From contig NC_042999.1 in the NCBI RefSeq assembly GCF_006345805.1, forward strand, positions 164,920,001 to 164,984,000: 64,000 nt of DNA, in the 5' to 3' direction. The notes below the pieces were generated by a model. It did no database searches. It saw only the letters and a list, made by a program, of their open reading frames with translations, and was not told where the DNA came from. Positions 39,732 to 51,830 of this stretch are shown one piece after another. Both the position numbers and the translations under genes were made by a program. The number at the start of each line of letters is the position of its first letter. Position 1 is the stretch's first letter. Source of the stretch: Octopus sinensis. Taxonomy: Eukaryota.

Positions 39732-39811
39732 CCATGGAGGCGCGTTTCGGAATTAAATCGGTATAAAGAAATAGAATTATACTTTACCAACCATTTTCCT
39801 CATCAGCATGG
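39732..39811 (-). ncRNA. Type I hammerhead ribozyme with extended stem II
   Basis: Minus strand: CCATG-CTGATGA-GGAA...TTCC-GAAA-CGCGCC-TC-CATGG. Stem I 5 bp, stem II 4 bp plus extension, stem III one change away from the CGCGCG palindrome. Confidence 0.72.
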
Positions 39812-40059
39812 CATTCCTCAATAATTAAATATTGAAATATTAAATTCGAAGGTACTGGAATAATTGAACATATCTCTCCACCTAACGGTATCAGACAGAT
39901 CATATTCAGTGTTAGTACCGCCAAATTCAAAATATGAATGAGGTCCATTTACCTTTTTTCATGCCGAATTCTACTTGGTGAAATTATTGATCACTTCTTA
40001 ATTAATTAATTTTACCCTTTGTTATTATTGATAATAGAATTTTCTCCCTGATAACAAAC

Positions 40060-41250
40060 TACAGGTTTTTTTTCTGTAGTATTTTACTTAAAGACACACG
40101 CGGATGGGCATAAGTCCTGATTGGAAGAAGAAGAAGAAGAAGAAGAAGAAGAAGAAGAAGAAGAAGAAGAAGAAGAAGAAGAAAAGAAGAAGAAGAAGAA
40201 GAAGAAGAAGAAGAAGAAGAAGAAGAAGAAGAAGAAGAAGAAGACACCAGCGAGGCTACCGGACCCACACCTCGTAATGATAACAGCACCAATGGCAGCC
40301 TAGCAACACCGGTGGTAATAACATCTCCAGGCCCGGAGCCAACTGAAGATGCGCCAGAAATATGAGCACAACCAACACCCAAGCCTGGAAACATATCGGG
40401 TCAACGGAGAGAGCATTCTAGCGACGCCTGTACAACCGCAGGTCCTCTTTTAAGATTCTGGAAAGACGATTCGTCTCATCCCTGGCCAACCACGTGTGGC
40501 ACCTGAAAGATGAAGGGAGTCCATACGATATCAAGTGGAAGAACTTAGAGCGGATGGGACCCTCCATGAACAGAAGCGAGTGCTGAAAGCTTTGTAAAAC
40601 CGAGCGAGCAAGGCAACTCAAAAACTCCTTGAAACCTGGGCCACTGAACACTCGCCAGGAAATTTACAGTCTCTGCATCCATTCCAAACGTTACCTGCTG
40701 CACGCATGTGATTTCCCATTCTCTGATTGAACCCGGAAGGGTCCTTACGATCCAAAAGCATCTCAAGGGAAAATTCCCTTGTTCCCCCGTTTTTGACTCG
40801 CAGAAAAACTGGTGTAATGGAAATAACCCATCCTCACTGAGCCCGGACAATTTATTCTTTGGTGACTAACTGACCAAATGACCGTAACGGATTCCTGCTT
40901 CCCAGAAGGGAAGAGTTACATTTGTCTTCGGTTTTAGAGTTTGACGAGACGTTCACTTAAAATATTCTGATGAGGTCATAGGCCAACAGGTCTTGGGGTC
41001 TGAAGATGCGCCATAAAGTTAAATCCTTTATAGACGGGAAACCCAGGGTAACCCCATAAACCGGCCTTCACCAGGAAAAATATAGACTGCTCTACTTCTT
41101 AGAGTGCGCTTCTTCGCCGGATTTATGTTTGTCTAAAAACGATATATGACAATCTGGAAACTTAACTGAGGAGAGAAGGCCACGAAAGACATGTCCTTGA
41201 TTTTTTCTTGCCCCTCTATTTGTTGCTTTCCTGTTCGCCTTTGTATCGTC
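40060..41250 (+). mobile_element. Decayed Penelope-like element 3' end (C-terminal GIY-YIG, Hydra-clade-like motifs) with pLTR
   Basis: KHIGSTERAF*RRLYNRRSSF, SLANHVWHLKD, YDIKW, *KLCKTER, LNTRQEIYSLCIHSKRYLL. CTGANGA motifs downstream at 40967 and 41166; interrupted by (GAA)n at 40121-40243. The clade assignment comes from recalled motifs only. Confidence 0.7.
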
Positions 41251-41284
41251 GATGTTTTATTGTCTTCTATTGCGTTTATGTTCC

Positions 41285-41404
<120 letters not shown>

Positions 41405-41894
41405 ATCGTTAGCCTTGTCTTTATTAGTTAGTCTTCGATGTGTCTGTTTGTCAGTTCCCCTTCTCTAGAGGCAAACGAGTTACGTACACGTAATCTTCTC
41501 GAGCTGTTGAACACGCCACACCAGGGCATTAGAGTCTATCTGAAGAAATCTCCACCTCTTCTGTTCCAATTAACTCCCTGCAACGTTTCCAAAGTAAATT
41601 TACCCGACTCTTTTTAGTTCAGTAATTTGAGCTTTGACTACTACCAAAGTATCTTCTGCCATAATACAACATCCAACAAAAAAGAAATTTTTAAATGCTG
41701 CTTTAAATAAAAGTAAAAATTAAAATCGTATATCGCAATATCATTTGATTTATGCAAAGACAAACGAAGATTAAATATCAGAACCAACCACAATCTTCTG
41801 ACTGCGCCATTAGAAAGACACTAGAGATCGTTAAGTCCAAAGTGACACAAAGAAACACTATTGGCTTCAAATTTTTATCTTAAAATGTTTAGCT

Positions 41895-42090
41895 CAAGGC
41901 CAGCACTTTCGAGGGAGGGGTAAGTCGATTATATCTACCCCAGTACCTAGCTGGATCTTGTTTTATCGACTCCAAAAGGATGAAATGCAAAGTCAACTTT
42001 GGGGGAATTTGAACTCAGAACGTAAAGGTGGACGAAATGCCGTTGAGCATTTTGCCCAGCGTGCTAACGATTCTGCCAGTTCGCCACCTT
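41895..42090 (-). mobile_element. SINE family 2
   Basis: Reverse complement of the family 2 head and core. Confidence 0.82.
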
Positions 42091-43258
42091 CTACCCGTAT
42101 ACCTTGGGAGACATGCTTCCAGGGTTAGGGTAGAAGACACCTCCACAAGTGGATGTAATCTGGCTGGTAACTGCCATACTGCTGGGCATCGAGGAGAAGG
42201 TGGTGGTCCTCCAGGCTACCAGAACACCCTACAAGAACTGGCAAGGGCAAAGCCTGGAGAGGGTAGTACAGGTTGCCTCGGAAGATATCGAAAGTATGGT
42301 GGAGACCATTACGGTCGAAGACGCAACACTGAAAGTCAGAGTGGAAAGGAGGATTTCGCGGTGCTATAAATCTGGCCTTTCAGGCCACATTAGAGCTGAT
42401 TGTCCTCCACCACCTGTGAAGGCTAAGGAAAGGCAAGAGAGTGAGAAAGTGGTTGATGCTCCACTGGCCGTGGAGACTGAGGAAAAGCACGAGAAGGAGA
42501 GTGAAGCGACAGCACAGACAATGACCAGTACCAGCGTCGAAGAAGAGGAGATGGACAATGAACGGGAAACAGCTAGGGAAAGAGAAGAAAGAGGAAAAAG
42601 GCACACGCTGTAAATGGCGATCCCCATCCCAAACCCACCTGACTCCCACCCACACCCACTTTACCCCAACCACTCCCTACAGACACCAGCCCTCTCCATG
42701 CCTCACCTGACATAAAGACAAGCACAAGCACACAGGAGCCCCGAATTTACACCCCCCGCCCTGTAATGAATAATGTTATATTGTACAAGAGACAAAACGA
42801 AGAACTTTACAATGAGAGAGACTCGTGGGATGGTGTGATAAAAGTGGATGTAACAGGAGTAAGGGGTCTACCCAAGTACATTCACTGTGCGTTGGCGAAC
42901 CCAGAGTATCTTTCGAGAGTAAAGGATTGTGTGGAAGATTTTGACTGTGAGTGGTGGGTCAAGAAAATAGACACCAGCACAATGCCTGAATGGGTAAGCT
43001 ATTTTGATATTTTAAAGAAGTATAATATAGACATTCTGCGGAAAAGTTGAAATTAGTTGTTGCAAATGGTGTTATAAATAGTGTTGTAAACTAGTGTTCT
43101 AAAAAAGAAATTGTATTAACAGGTTCAGTGCTTGGAGGTGGGGGCCAAACAGCTTCATTTCATTTTACCTAATTCATCTTTTCCATTCGTTTTGTTTTCT
43201 TTTTCCTCACCATGTGCTGTCCCCTCCGTGTAAGGCCTTACACAGAAATAAAGAAGCT
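42090..43258 (+). mobile_element. ORF1/gag-only retroposon, copy 2 (5'-truncated)
   Basis: ORF 42149-42613 with CYKSGLSGHIRADC knuckle at 42362-42403; downstream 94-aa ORF 42766-43050; tail TGTCCCCTCCGTGTAAGGCC..AAATAAAGAA. Confidence 0.7.
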
Positions 43259-43259
43259 T

Positions 43260-43401
43260 GCTTTGCAATCACGTGGTGTTCGGTTGATTTTCACTGCACG
43301 CCATCTGAGCCAGTGTATTCTACAATAGTCCTGAGCCGACCAATGCCTTATGAGTAAATTTGGTAAATAGAAACTGTGTGTTAGCCCGTCGTGTATGTGT
43401 G

Positions 43402-43448
<47 letters not shown>

Positions 43449-43452
43449 GTGT

Positions 43453-43508
<56 letters not shown>

Positions 43509-43590
43509 TGCGTGCGCGTGTCTTTGTGCCAGTGTTTTCCACCAACTCCATCGCTTGACAACCGTTATCTGTTTAGGCACCTGTAACTTT
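43260..43590 (+). mobile_element. Degenerate SINE family 1 with expanded (GT)n
   Basis: GAGCCGACCAATGCCTTATGAGTAAATTTGGTA and CATCGCTTGACAACCG match family 1. Confidence 0.7.
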
Positions 43591-43874
43591 TCAGATCGTG
43601 AAAAGAATCAGCAGTTTTTTTTACCAGTTTCGAAACCTTTGCGCCAGTATATGTTGTTGGTTAGCTCAGATCGATCGGATCAAGCCGTCCCAAAGAGCAA
43701 AGCTATTCCAACGGTGATGATTCAACGTTTATTTATTTCGGATGCAGTATATCTTGCACAGCATTGTCCTTTTCTTTTAAGATGTTATTGTGTAATTGGG
43801 TGGGAATTGGTTTCTATTGCTATTTCTAGAAAATTGGGCGAACCACGTGAAAGTACCTCATTGATACACGTGTC

Positions 43875-43922
<48 letters not shown>

Positions 43923-45349
43923 CTCGTGTAACCTCTCTCTCTCCTCCTGGCTCTCTGTGAGGTGTGGCTATAATAACATTAATAAAGCCAAAAATGTGTC
44001 GATTATTTATTAAGCTAGAGAATATAGTCGTATATACAATAGAGTATATAGATAACGGTGCAGTGGTTTTCGTTTGTTTGTTATAATTATTAGTAGTTGT
44101 ACTAGTGATAGACTAATGGTGATGTAATTGTTGTTTCTGAAATTTTGGTTTATGCTGTGATAGTTTTTTTGGGGGGCTTTTTGTTTGTTTGCTTTTTTTT
44201 CTGGCCTCCAACACCACCCTCATCGACGGCAAATAGAATAATAAGGATAATCCAACAAGATAAGCTATGAAATAAGATGTAATGAGAAATGTGAGGTTTA
44301 GTGAGAAATTCAGGGATTAGATGAGGAAGAGAAAATGAATATTGAAATAGAGGGTAATGTAGAAATAGAGAGAGGAGGAAGGAAAAACAAGAGAGAAAGA
44401 GAAAGTGATAGGTGTGAGAAAGAGAGAGAGAGAGAGAGAGATAAAGATACGCTAGGGAGGAGATTACTCTGTATGTGTGTGTGTGTGTGATAGAGAAAGA
44501 GAAAAATGGAGAGATTGAATGATAGAAGAGAGAAAGAATGGAGTTAGGAGCAGGATAGAATGAGTGGGGGACACATATGAGAATTGTGTGAGAATATGAA
44601 TTATAGGATATTTGTGAGAGGTATCGTGTAGATGTGTGTATTTTGTTAGAGAGAGAGAGGGGGAAGGAAGAAAGAGGGAGGGAGAGAGAGGGAGAGAGAG
44701 GGAGGAAGAGGGAGAGAGAGGGAGGAAGAAGGAGAGAGAAGGAGGAAGAGGGAGAGAGAGAGGTGGGAGGAGTATGTGATAGAAAATAGGAAGACTTTGG
44801 AGTGAAATTGCTGCTACTTTAGTTGGAATCGTATTCGGAAATAAACTACTTGGAAAGAATATTACACCAGTAGACAATAATGAAATATACTTGAGTGAAA
44901 CATACATTTCGCTAATAACTATCTTACACCTATCTTACTGTCTGCCAGGCAATATTGTCCTTCAGCAGAGTTGCCCCAAATCACCGAATAGGAAACCTTT
45001 AAAGCTCAACTTGAAATTGATTTCCTTTTCTTCATTCTGCCGATATCATGGATGTTTTAGAGTAGAGGAAATAATGCAGGCTGCAGAGATTCACGTGTTT
45101 GAGTTTCATTAACATGATTTGACTAATTTCAATGTAACAACAGCTAGTTTACAGCCTGATTTAAATTCAAATTTCATTGTAAGCAGCGTGGATTTAATAC
45201 AGTATAACTGGTTCATTTTGAGAGCAGCTGAGATGATTGCTACGACTTCGAATTCGCTAGAGCTACCGTGATTTTAACACAACGAACCAGTTTTACTGTG
45301 GAAACAGCTACTTCACGGTAAGTGTTCGAATTCTGCTTGCTTCGTCAAG

Positions 45350-46900
45350 ACATTCGTTTCAATTTTTGGCACAAGGCCAGCAAATTTGAGAATGGAGGTA
45401 AGTCGATTAAATCGTCCCCAGAGCTGGTACTTATTTAATTGACTTTGAAAGGATGAAAGGCAAAGTCGACTGCGGCAGAATTTGAACTCAGGACATAAAG
45501 CGGACGAAATGCTGCTAAGCATTTCGACCTGCATGCTACTGATTCTACCAGCTCGTCACCTTCATGGAATTAGCACGAAATGATTTGCTCGCCGTAAATA
45601 TTAGCTAGATATTTATTCGATATAAGACGATCAGAAAACAAGTAAAATACTGCATCAGTGGACATTCAAGTTACTTGGTTTTATATTTTGGCACAAGGCA
45701 AGCAATTTTAGCGAAAGGGCTTGTTGATTATATCCACCCCAGTAAAGCGGCGAGCTGTCAGACACGTTAGCGCGCCGGGCGGAATGCTTAGCGGTATTTC
45801 GTCTGTCGTTACGTTCTGAGTTCAAATTCCGCCGAGGTCGACTTTGCCTTTCATCCTTTCGGGGTCGATAAATAAAGTACCAGTTTCGCACTGGGGTCAA
45901 TGTAATCGACTTAATCCCTTTGTCTGTCTTTGTTTGTCCCCTCTATGTTTAGCCCCTTGTGGGCAATAAAGAAATAGATATCCACCCCAGTGTAAGTCGA
46001 CCTCGGCAGAATTTTAACTCAAAACACGAAGAACGAAAGAATAAAGGCGGCGAGCTGGCGTGCTAACGATTTCCCCAGTTTGCCACCTATATTCATAAGT
46101 AAATATTCGTTTCAGATTTTGGCACAAGACCAACAATTTTGGGGTAGGGTAATTCGATTACATCGACCCAGAGTTCAACGGGTACTTATTTTGTCGATCT
46201 CGATAGCATGAAAGGCCAAGTCGACCTCGGCGGAATTTGAACTTAAACGTGAAGATGGGCGAAATGCTGCTAAGGATTTTGCCCGACGTGGTAACGATTC
46301 TGCCAGCTGACCGCCTTTATTCAAAACAATATGTAATAAATTTAAAAGATTTTATTTTTACCTGTTAGGTGGCGAATTGGCACTCCAAGAACAATTCATA
46401 GCAGTATTTTGTCCGTCTTCACGTTCTGAGTTCAAATTCCGCCGAAGTCGACTTTGTCTTTCATCTTTTCGGGATTGATAGAATAAGTACAAGTTGAGTA
46501 CTGGGGTCGATGTAATCGATTAGTTTGCCCGCTAATCTCAGGTTTTATGCCTATAGTAAAAAAAACAGTGAGATGGCAGAATCATTATTACGACGCAAAA
46601 AAATGCTTAGCGGCATCTCTTCAAGTCCAAAGTTCGCCGAGGTCGACTTAGCCTTTTATCTTCGGGGGTTAATAAAAAAAGTATCAGTTGAGCACTGGGA
46701 TTGATGTAATCAACTTTAACTCCCTATCCGAAATTGCTGGTCTTGTGCCAAAATTTGAGATCACTATTAATTACCTACGAAGGGCAGTAGTAAAATTAAA
46801 AGAGCGCAAAAAACAAATACTTCGTGGTATTTAACAACGGACCTTTCCCTTACGTCTGAGATTCAAATTCCGCCAATGCCAACTTTAATTTTGTCCTTCA
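45350..46900. mobile_element. Cluster of ~7 SINE family 2 copies in both orientations
   Basis: Approximately: - 45350-45565, - 45680-46090 (host), + 45744-45977 (nested, 14-bp TSD), - 46110-46320, + 46365-46560, + 46575-46765, + partial 46790-46900. Confidence 0.85.
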
Positions 46901-47117
46901 GACTGTCGACAAACACAATACTAATCAAATATAGGTCTATATTAAGTCTACTATAACACACGTCTGCATATTTGTGTCTAAATAATCGATCACATTCAGG
47001 TGCTAAGGGTTCCCAGAAATAAGAGTCAAAACAGCTCAGTAGCCACAGAAGCACTATCTTAATGACAGACATATATAAACACACACATACATGTATTATG
47101 ATATATGTGTATATATA

Positions 47118-47875
47118 TTCCTTTATTCTTTTACTCTTTTATTTGTTTCAGTCATTTGACCGCGGCGATGCTGGAGCACCACATTTAGTCGAACGAATCT
47201 TGTTCTTTGTAAGCTTAGTACATATTCTATCCGTCTTTTGTGCCGAACCGCGAAGTTACGGGGACGTAAACACACCAACATCGGTTGTCAAACTATGGTG
47301 GGGAGACAAACACAGACACACGGACATATACATACATACAAACACACATACATGCATACATACATACATACATGCATACATACATACATACATACATACA
47401 TACATACATACATACATACGCACATACATACATACAAACATACATACATACATACATACATACATACATACAAACATACATACATACACACATACATACA
47501 TACACACATACATACATACATACATACATACATACATACATACATACATACACACATACATACAAACATACATACATACATACATACATACATACATACA
47601 AACATACATACATACACACATACATACATACACACATACATACATACATACATACATACATACATACATACATACACACATACATACATACACACATACA
47701 TACATACACACGATGGGCCTCTTTCAGTTTCCGTCAAACAAATCCATTCACAAGGCTTTGGTCGCCCCGAGGCTGCAGTGGAAGACACTTGCCCAAGGTG
47801 CCACGCAGTGGGACTGAACATGGAACCATGTGGTTGGAAAACAAGCTTCTTACTACACAGCCACACCTGCGCCTA
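47118..47875 (-). mobile_element. SINE family 1 with ~380-bp internal (TACA)n expansion
   Basis: Tail at 47118-47330, microsatellite at 47330-47710, head at 47710-47875. Confidence 0.88.
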
Positions 47876-48168
47876 TATACATACACAGACACACACACAC
47901 ACAACACACACACACACACACACACATACACACACACACATATATATATACATACTAGATTTAGGGCTTCCATACCAGGGTCAACGCTTACCCTCTAAGC
48001 TATGCCTATACATATTAAGACACAACCCTTCAATAATACTAAATAAATATAATGAGGTCCTAGGTACATGCAACCACCGCTCTTTTCATACCTTCAAATT
48101 TTACCACAAATCTAAATGCAACCTAAATCACCAAACAGTACATATCCCGAACACCACATACATGTATG

Positions 48169-48199
<31 letters not shown>

Positions 48200-49113
48200 G
48201 AAGTACGATTTCATTGCGATCAGAGTTGTTTGAAAACCGAGTTACTACTGTATATAGGTGTGTGTGTGTATTTGTATATGCATATGTGTGTATGTGTGTA
48301 TATGTACGCATGTGTATATGTGTATGCATATATCTATGGATGAGCGTGTGTGTGCGCGTGCGTATATCAATAAACACTTCTTTCTTTCTCTGATTCCTCA
48401 TCCCCCACTATCACATTAGCCAGTACAATAAACACCTCCGTTTAGAAACTTGACCATTATATCTTATTATTCTTCCCTTCCTTTTTGAGGTTTACTACTT
48501 ACTTACTTTAGTAACCCCCTGTACAATTCTCTGTACCCATCCCTCTACCTTAGTGCTTTTCAAACATATCACCCACACCAACTCCTCACACATATTCATT
48601 CCTTACATTCTTATCTTTTCATACCCTTCCCCTCCTCCTCTCCCGTCCCCCTCATAACACTCCTCTCCCATCCCCACTCCATTTTTCATTTTCTCTTCAC
48701 TCCATTTTTCGTTTTTTCTTCCTCTTTCTTTCTTTTTCTTTCTTCTTTCCTCACCCATTCCTTTTGACCATTCTCCTCATTTTAACATACACATCTTTTC
48801 TCTCCCGTCTATCTACTTAATACTCCCATTACGTTCCCAAAATTTCACTCACACTACAAGACCCCTTTGAATGAACAGCACATGGAAACTACTCCATACT
48901 TTCCATTCGTAATGACAAAATATGAACTCTTATCGGAATTTACATGTCATGGACAAGAACCATATCTACCACTTCTACACACCACTTCCCTTGGATAATG
49001 GACCTGCAACTATAACATCCTACATATATTTTTATTTTTACTTTTATTCTCTTATTTCCTTTTATACTGCTTATTTCCACTCATTTTTCCCCTCTGTTTA
49101 ACCATTTCACATC

Positions 49114-49161
49114 GTCTCCCATGAAGGGATATCCTTTATATCCCAGAAACAGCTGTAAGTC
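49114..49161 (+). ncRNA. Degenerate minimal type I hammerhead in a probable PLE pLTR remnant
   Basis: GTCT-CCCATGA-A-GGGATAT/ATATCCC-A-GAAA-CAGCTG-TA-AGTC; the core has 2 mismatches to CTGANGA. Confidence 0.55.
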
Positions 49162-49514
49162 TAACTTTTTTTTTATAAATGTCCTGAAAATTCCATACAG
49201 CCTTGGCTTTGTTGTTACATTTTATATAACATATATATATATATATATATATAATATATATATATATAGTATATACATGAATATATAAATATTTACATAT
49301 ATAATATATATATACATGTATATATATATAATATAATATAATATAATATAATATATATATATATAATATATAATATATATATATATAATATAATATATAT
49401 ATATATACATGTCTATATAATATAATATATATATATATATGTGTGTGTGTATGTATATGTATGTATGGACATACAATATACTTGTACACGCACAAATATA
49501 TATATTTGTATATA

Positions 49515-51640
49515 TTTCTTTTTCATTTCAGTCCATTGACTGTGGCCATGCTGGGACAACGCCGGTTACTTTCAATAAACGTCTTGAGATAGGTCTATCT
49601 GGAACTCTTGACAGAAGAAGATGCAGTTTCGTTTTGAAAAAGCCTACATCCACATCATGCAGGTCTCTCAGGCTTTGTGAGAGGCTATTGAAGAGCTGTG
49701 GGCCTTTGAAACTCAAGCTGTTGCAGCATCTGGTTTCTGTCGTTAATTTTACAGTTTGGTGACTACAGTTGGGAGCAGTAATCCAGACGACTGAGAACGG
49801 AAGACCATCATGGTTTTCTTTTCTTTTGTTTTGAAAGTTCGAAGGATCTATCCGACCAAGCGTCTTGGTAATGTGCACCTGGAAAGATGCATCATTACTC
49901 ATGTCGATGTCCAGGTCATGCACTGATTTTGATTCATGGATTGCGACCTTTCATGGGCCAGTGTATCCTATCTGCTTTTCATTGAGCTTCCTGTGTTGGT
50001 AGCGCAGGGTTTCCAATTTTCCAGCATTAAATTGCATGCTATTTCCCTCAGCCTACGTGTATACTGCGTCGAACTCACGTTGTAGATGCACAACGTTTCC
50101 AGGATTCACTATCCTATGAGAGACTTTTGTGTCGTCTGCATAGCTAGCAAGGGTGGTTACTTGAGCAGCTGAGGGCCACTAGAAATAGCAGCGGTCCCAA
50201 AACAGTGTCCTATGGAACACCACTCATTATTTGTGTTTCGTCGGAGGAGGCCCTATTGACCACCCTTAACTTTTAGAAGGTCATGTAGCCATTCTCTAAG
50301 TTTTCCAACCTATGCCTAGATTACGCAGCTTGTGACAAATCATACCATGGTCGACTTTGTCGAAGGCTTTTGCAAAGTCGAGGTACATCACCTCCGCATT
50401 TGAGTTATTGTGGAGTTACTCTAGCACTTAGTCGTGATACTGCAAGAGCTGTGTCAAGCAGCTTTCACCTGATCAAAATCTATGCTAGGTGTCAGTCAGC
50501 AAGTCATTCTCTTCAAGGAATGCAATTAATTTCCTTCGGACTATTTGTTCCATGAGTTTGCTGGTGTGTGAAATCAGAGAAATAGGCCTGTAGTTTTTAG
50601 CATGTGCTTCCTCCTTTACGGATAAAGCATATTATTCCCTCCTTTCGTTTGTCAGGGAGCTTACCATTCAGGAGGTAGCTCTGAAAAAGTAGCTACAATG
50701 GTTTTGGAAGGACTCGTTTGTTGGGAATTTATCAGGGCCAGCTGATGAGTTTGCATCTATTGCCAGCATTGTATCCTTTTCCTTGATGTTAATATATTCA
50801 ATTGTTACTGCTTTCTGCTCAGCTTCTGTAGCAGTAAACAATTCTACAAGTTTGCAAACTAGCATGTGCCGTAGGGGTGGAGTAAAGACCTTTTTGAACA
50901 GTTCATTCAATTTTCACTTACCCACATTGGGTTTCCTGCGAGGAAGCCATCTTTTTGGAGTAGTGGCCCTAGCCTGCAATACACAGAGGCAATCTCCTTG
51001 GAGTATCTAAAGAAGGCTTTAGAGTCTGATTTTAAATTTCTTATGACCCAGATGTCTCTGTCTGATCTTTCCTTCTCATGGGAGATCTTCAGTTGCTTCT
51101 CAGTCTCCAGCTGTTTCCAAGTGGGATTTCTCACTGCCATTGAGTTCTCTTTTGAGAATCTTTGTATGTCGTCTTATAAGAACTTTTCTCTCCTTCGAAA
51201 CCTTGTTTTTATGTGCAGTGACTCTTCTCTCTGGAACAAAATTGCAGCATATGGCTTGCATTATGGACATGAAGGTTTTCAATTTCATGTTTATCTCAGA
51301 CGTAGTGAGACACTGGGACCAGTCCTATTTGGTGATCACTCTCGCAATTGATTTCCAGTCTGCTTTGTGGTAGTTCAGATTGGATAGATTTTGGGTGCTT
51401 CTCATAGGCTGTATGTCTGTGGATTCATTTGGTCCATACATGGTCAGCTCTAGTATGTTGTGATCAGAGATTAGTGTCGGAGTCACTTTCACACTGTGGA
51501 CGACATCCACATTGTCTGTGAAGCAGAGATCAAGTATATTGTTTTCCCCGGTTGGAATATTACTTGGTCCATGTATAACTTGTTGGTGAGGTTGAGCAGG
51601 GATTCTACCTGATTCTGCTCACAATGCGTCATTCCTGAGA
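49515..51640 (-). mobile_element. Decayed CR1-group (CR1/L2/Crack-like) LINE, APE end through RT to 3' terminus
   Basis: LISDHNILEL (APE end), NSSAGPDKFP, YRPIS-like region, YLDFAKAFDKVDHG, SYADDTK, NSLSFKGPQLFNSL; ORF ends GVVPAWPQSMD*. Confidence 0.88.
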
Positions 51641-51795
51641 GGAAAAGGCCTTCAGCTCATTCCACATTGGGAAGATTGGAGTTTCCCACGAAAGGTACAC
51701 TGACGAGCTCTTCTACTTTGGTCAGACCTCTTCTATTCTTGAAAGACACTCTTCGAATAGGCCCGTGTGATTTGGAGCATCTGGTTAGTTATATG

Positions 51796-51830
<35 letters not shown>

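Noticed and set aside
40343-40360. Second in-frame TGA (N*R, like the CNCR motif) or mini-hammerhead CTGAAGATGCGCCAGAAA; 14 nt recur at 41000
   Set aside because: The protein reading needs several assumed deletions, and stems I and III cannot be formed; ambiguous either way.
44180-44900. GA-rich tract possibly a minus-strand PLE pLTR with an eroded hammerhead
   Set aside because: The core is too degenerate and there is no convincing endonuclease motif.
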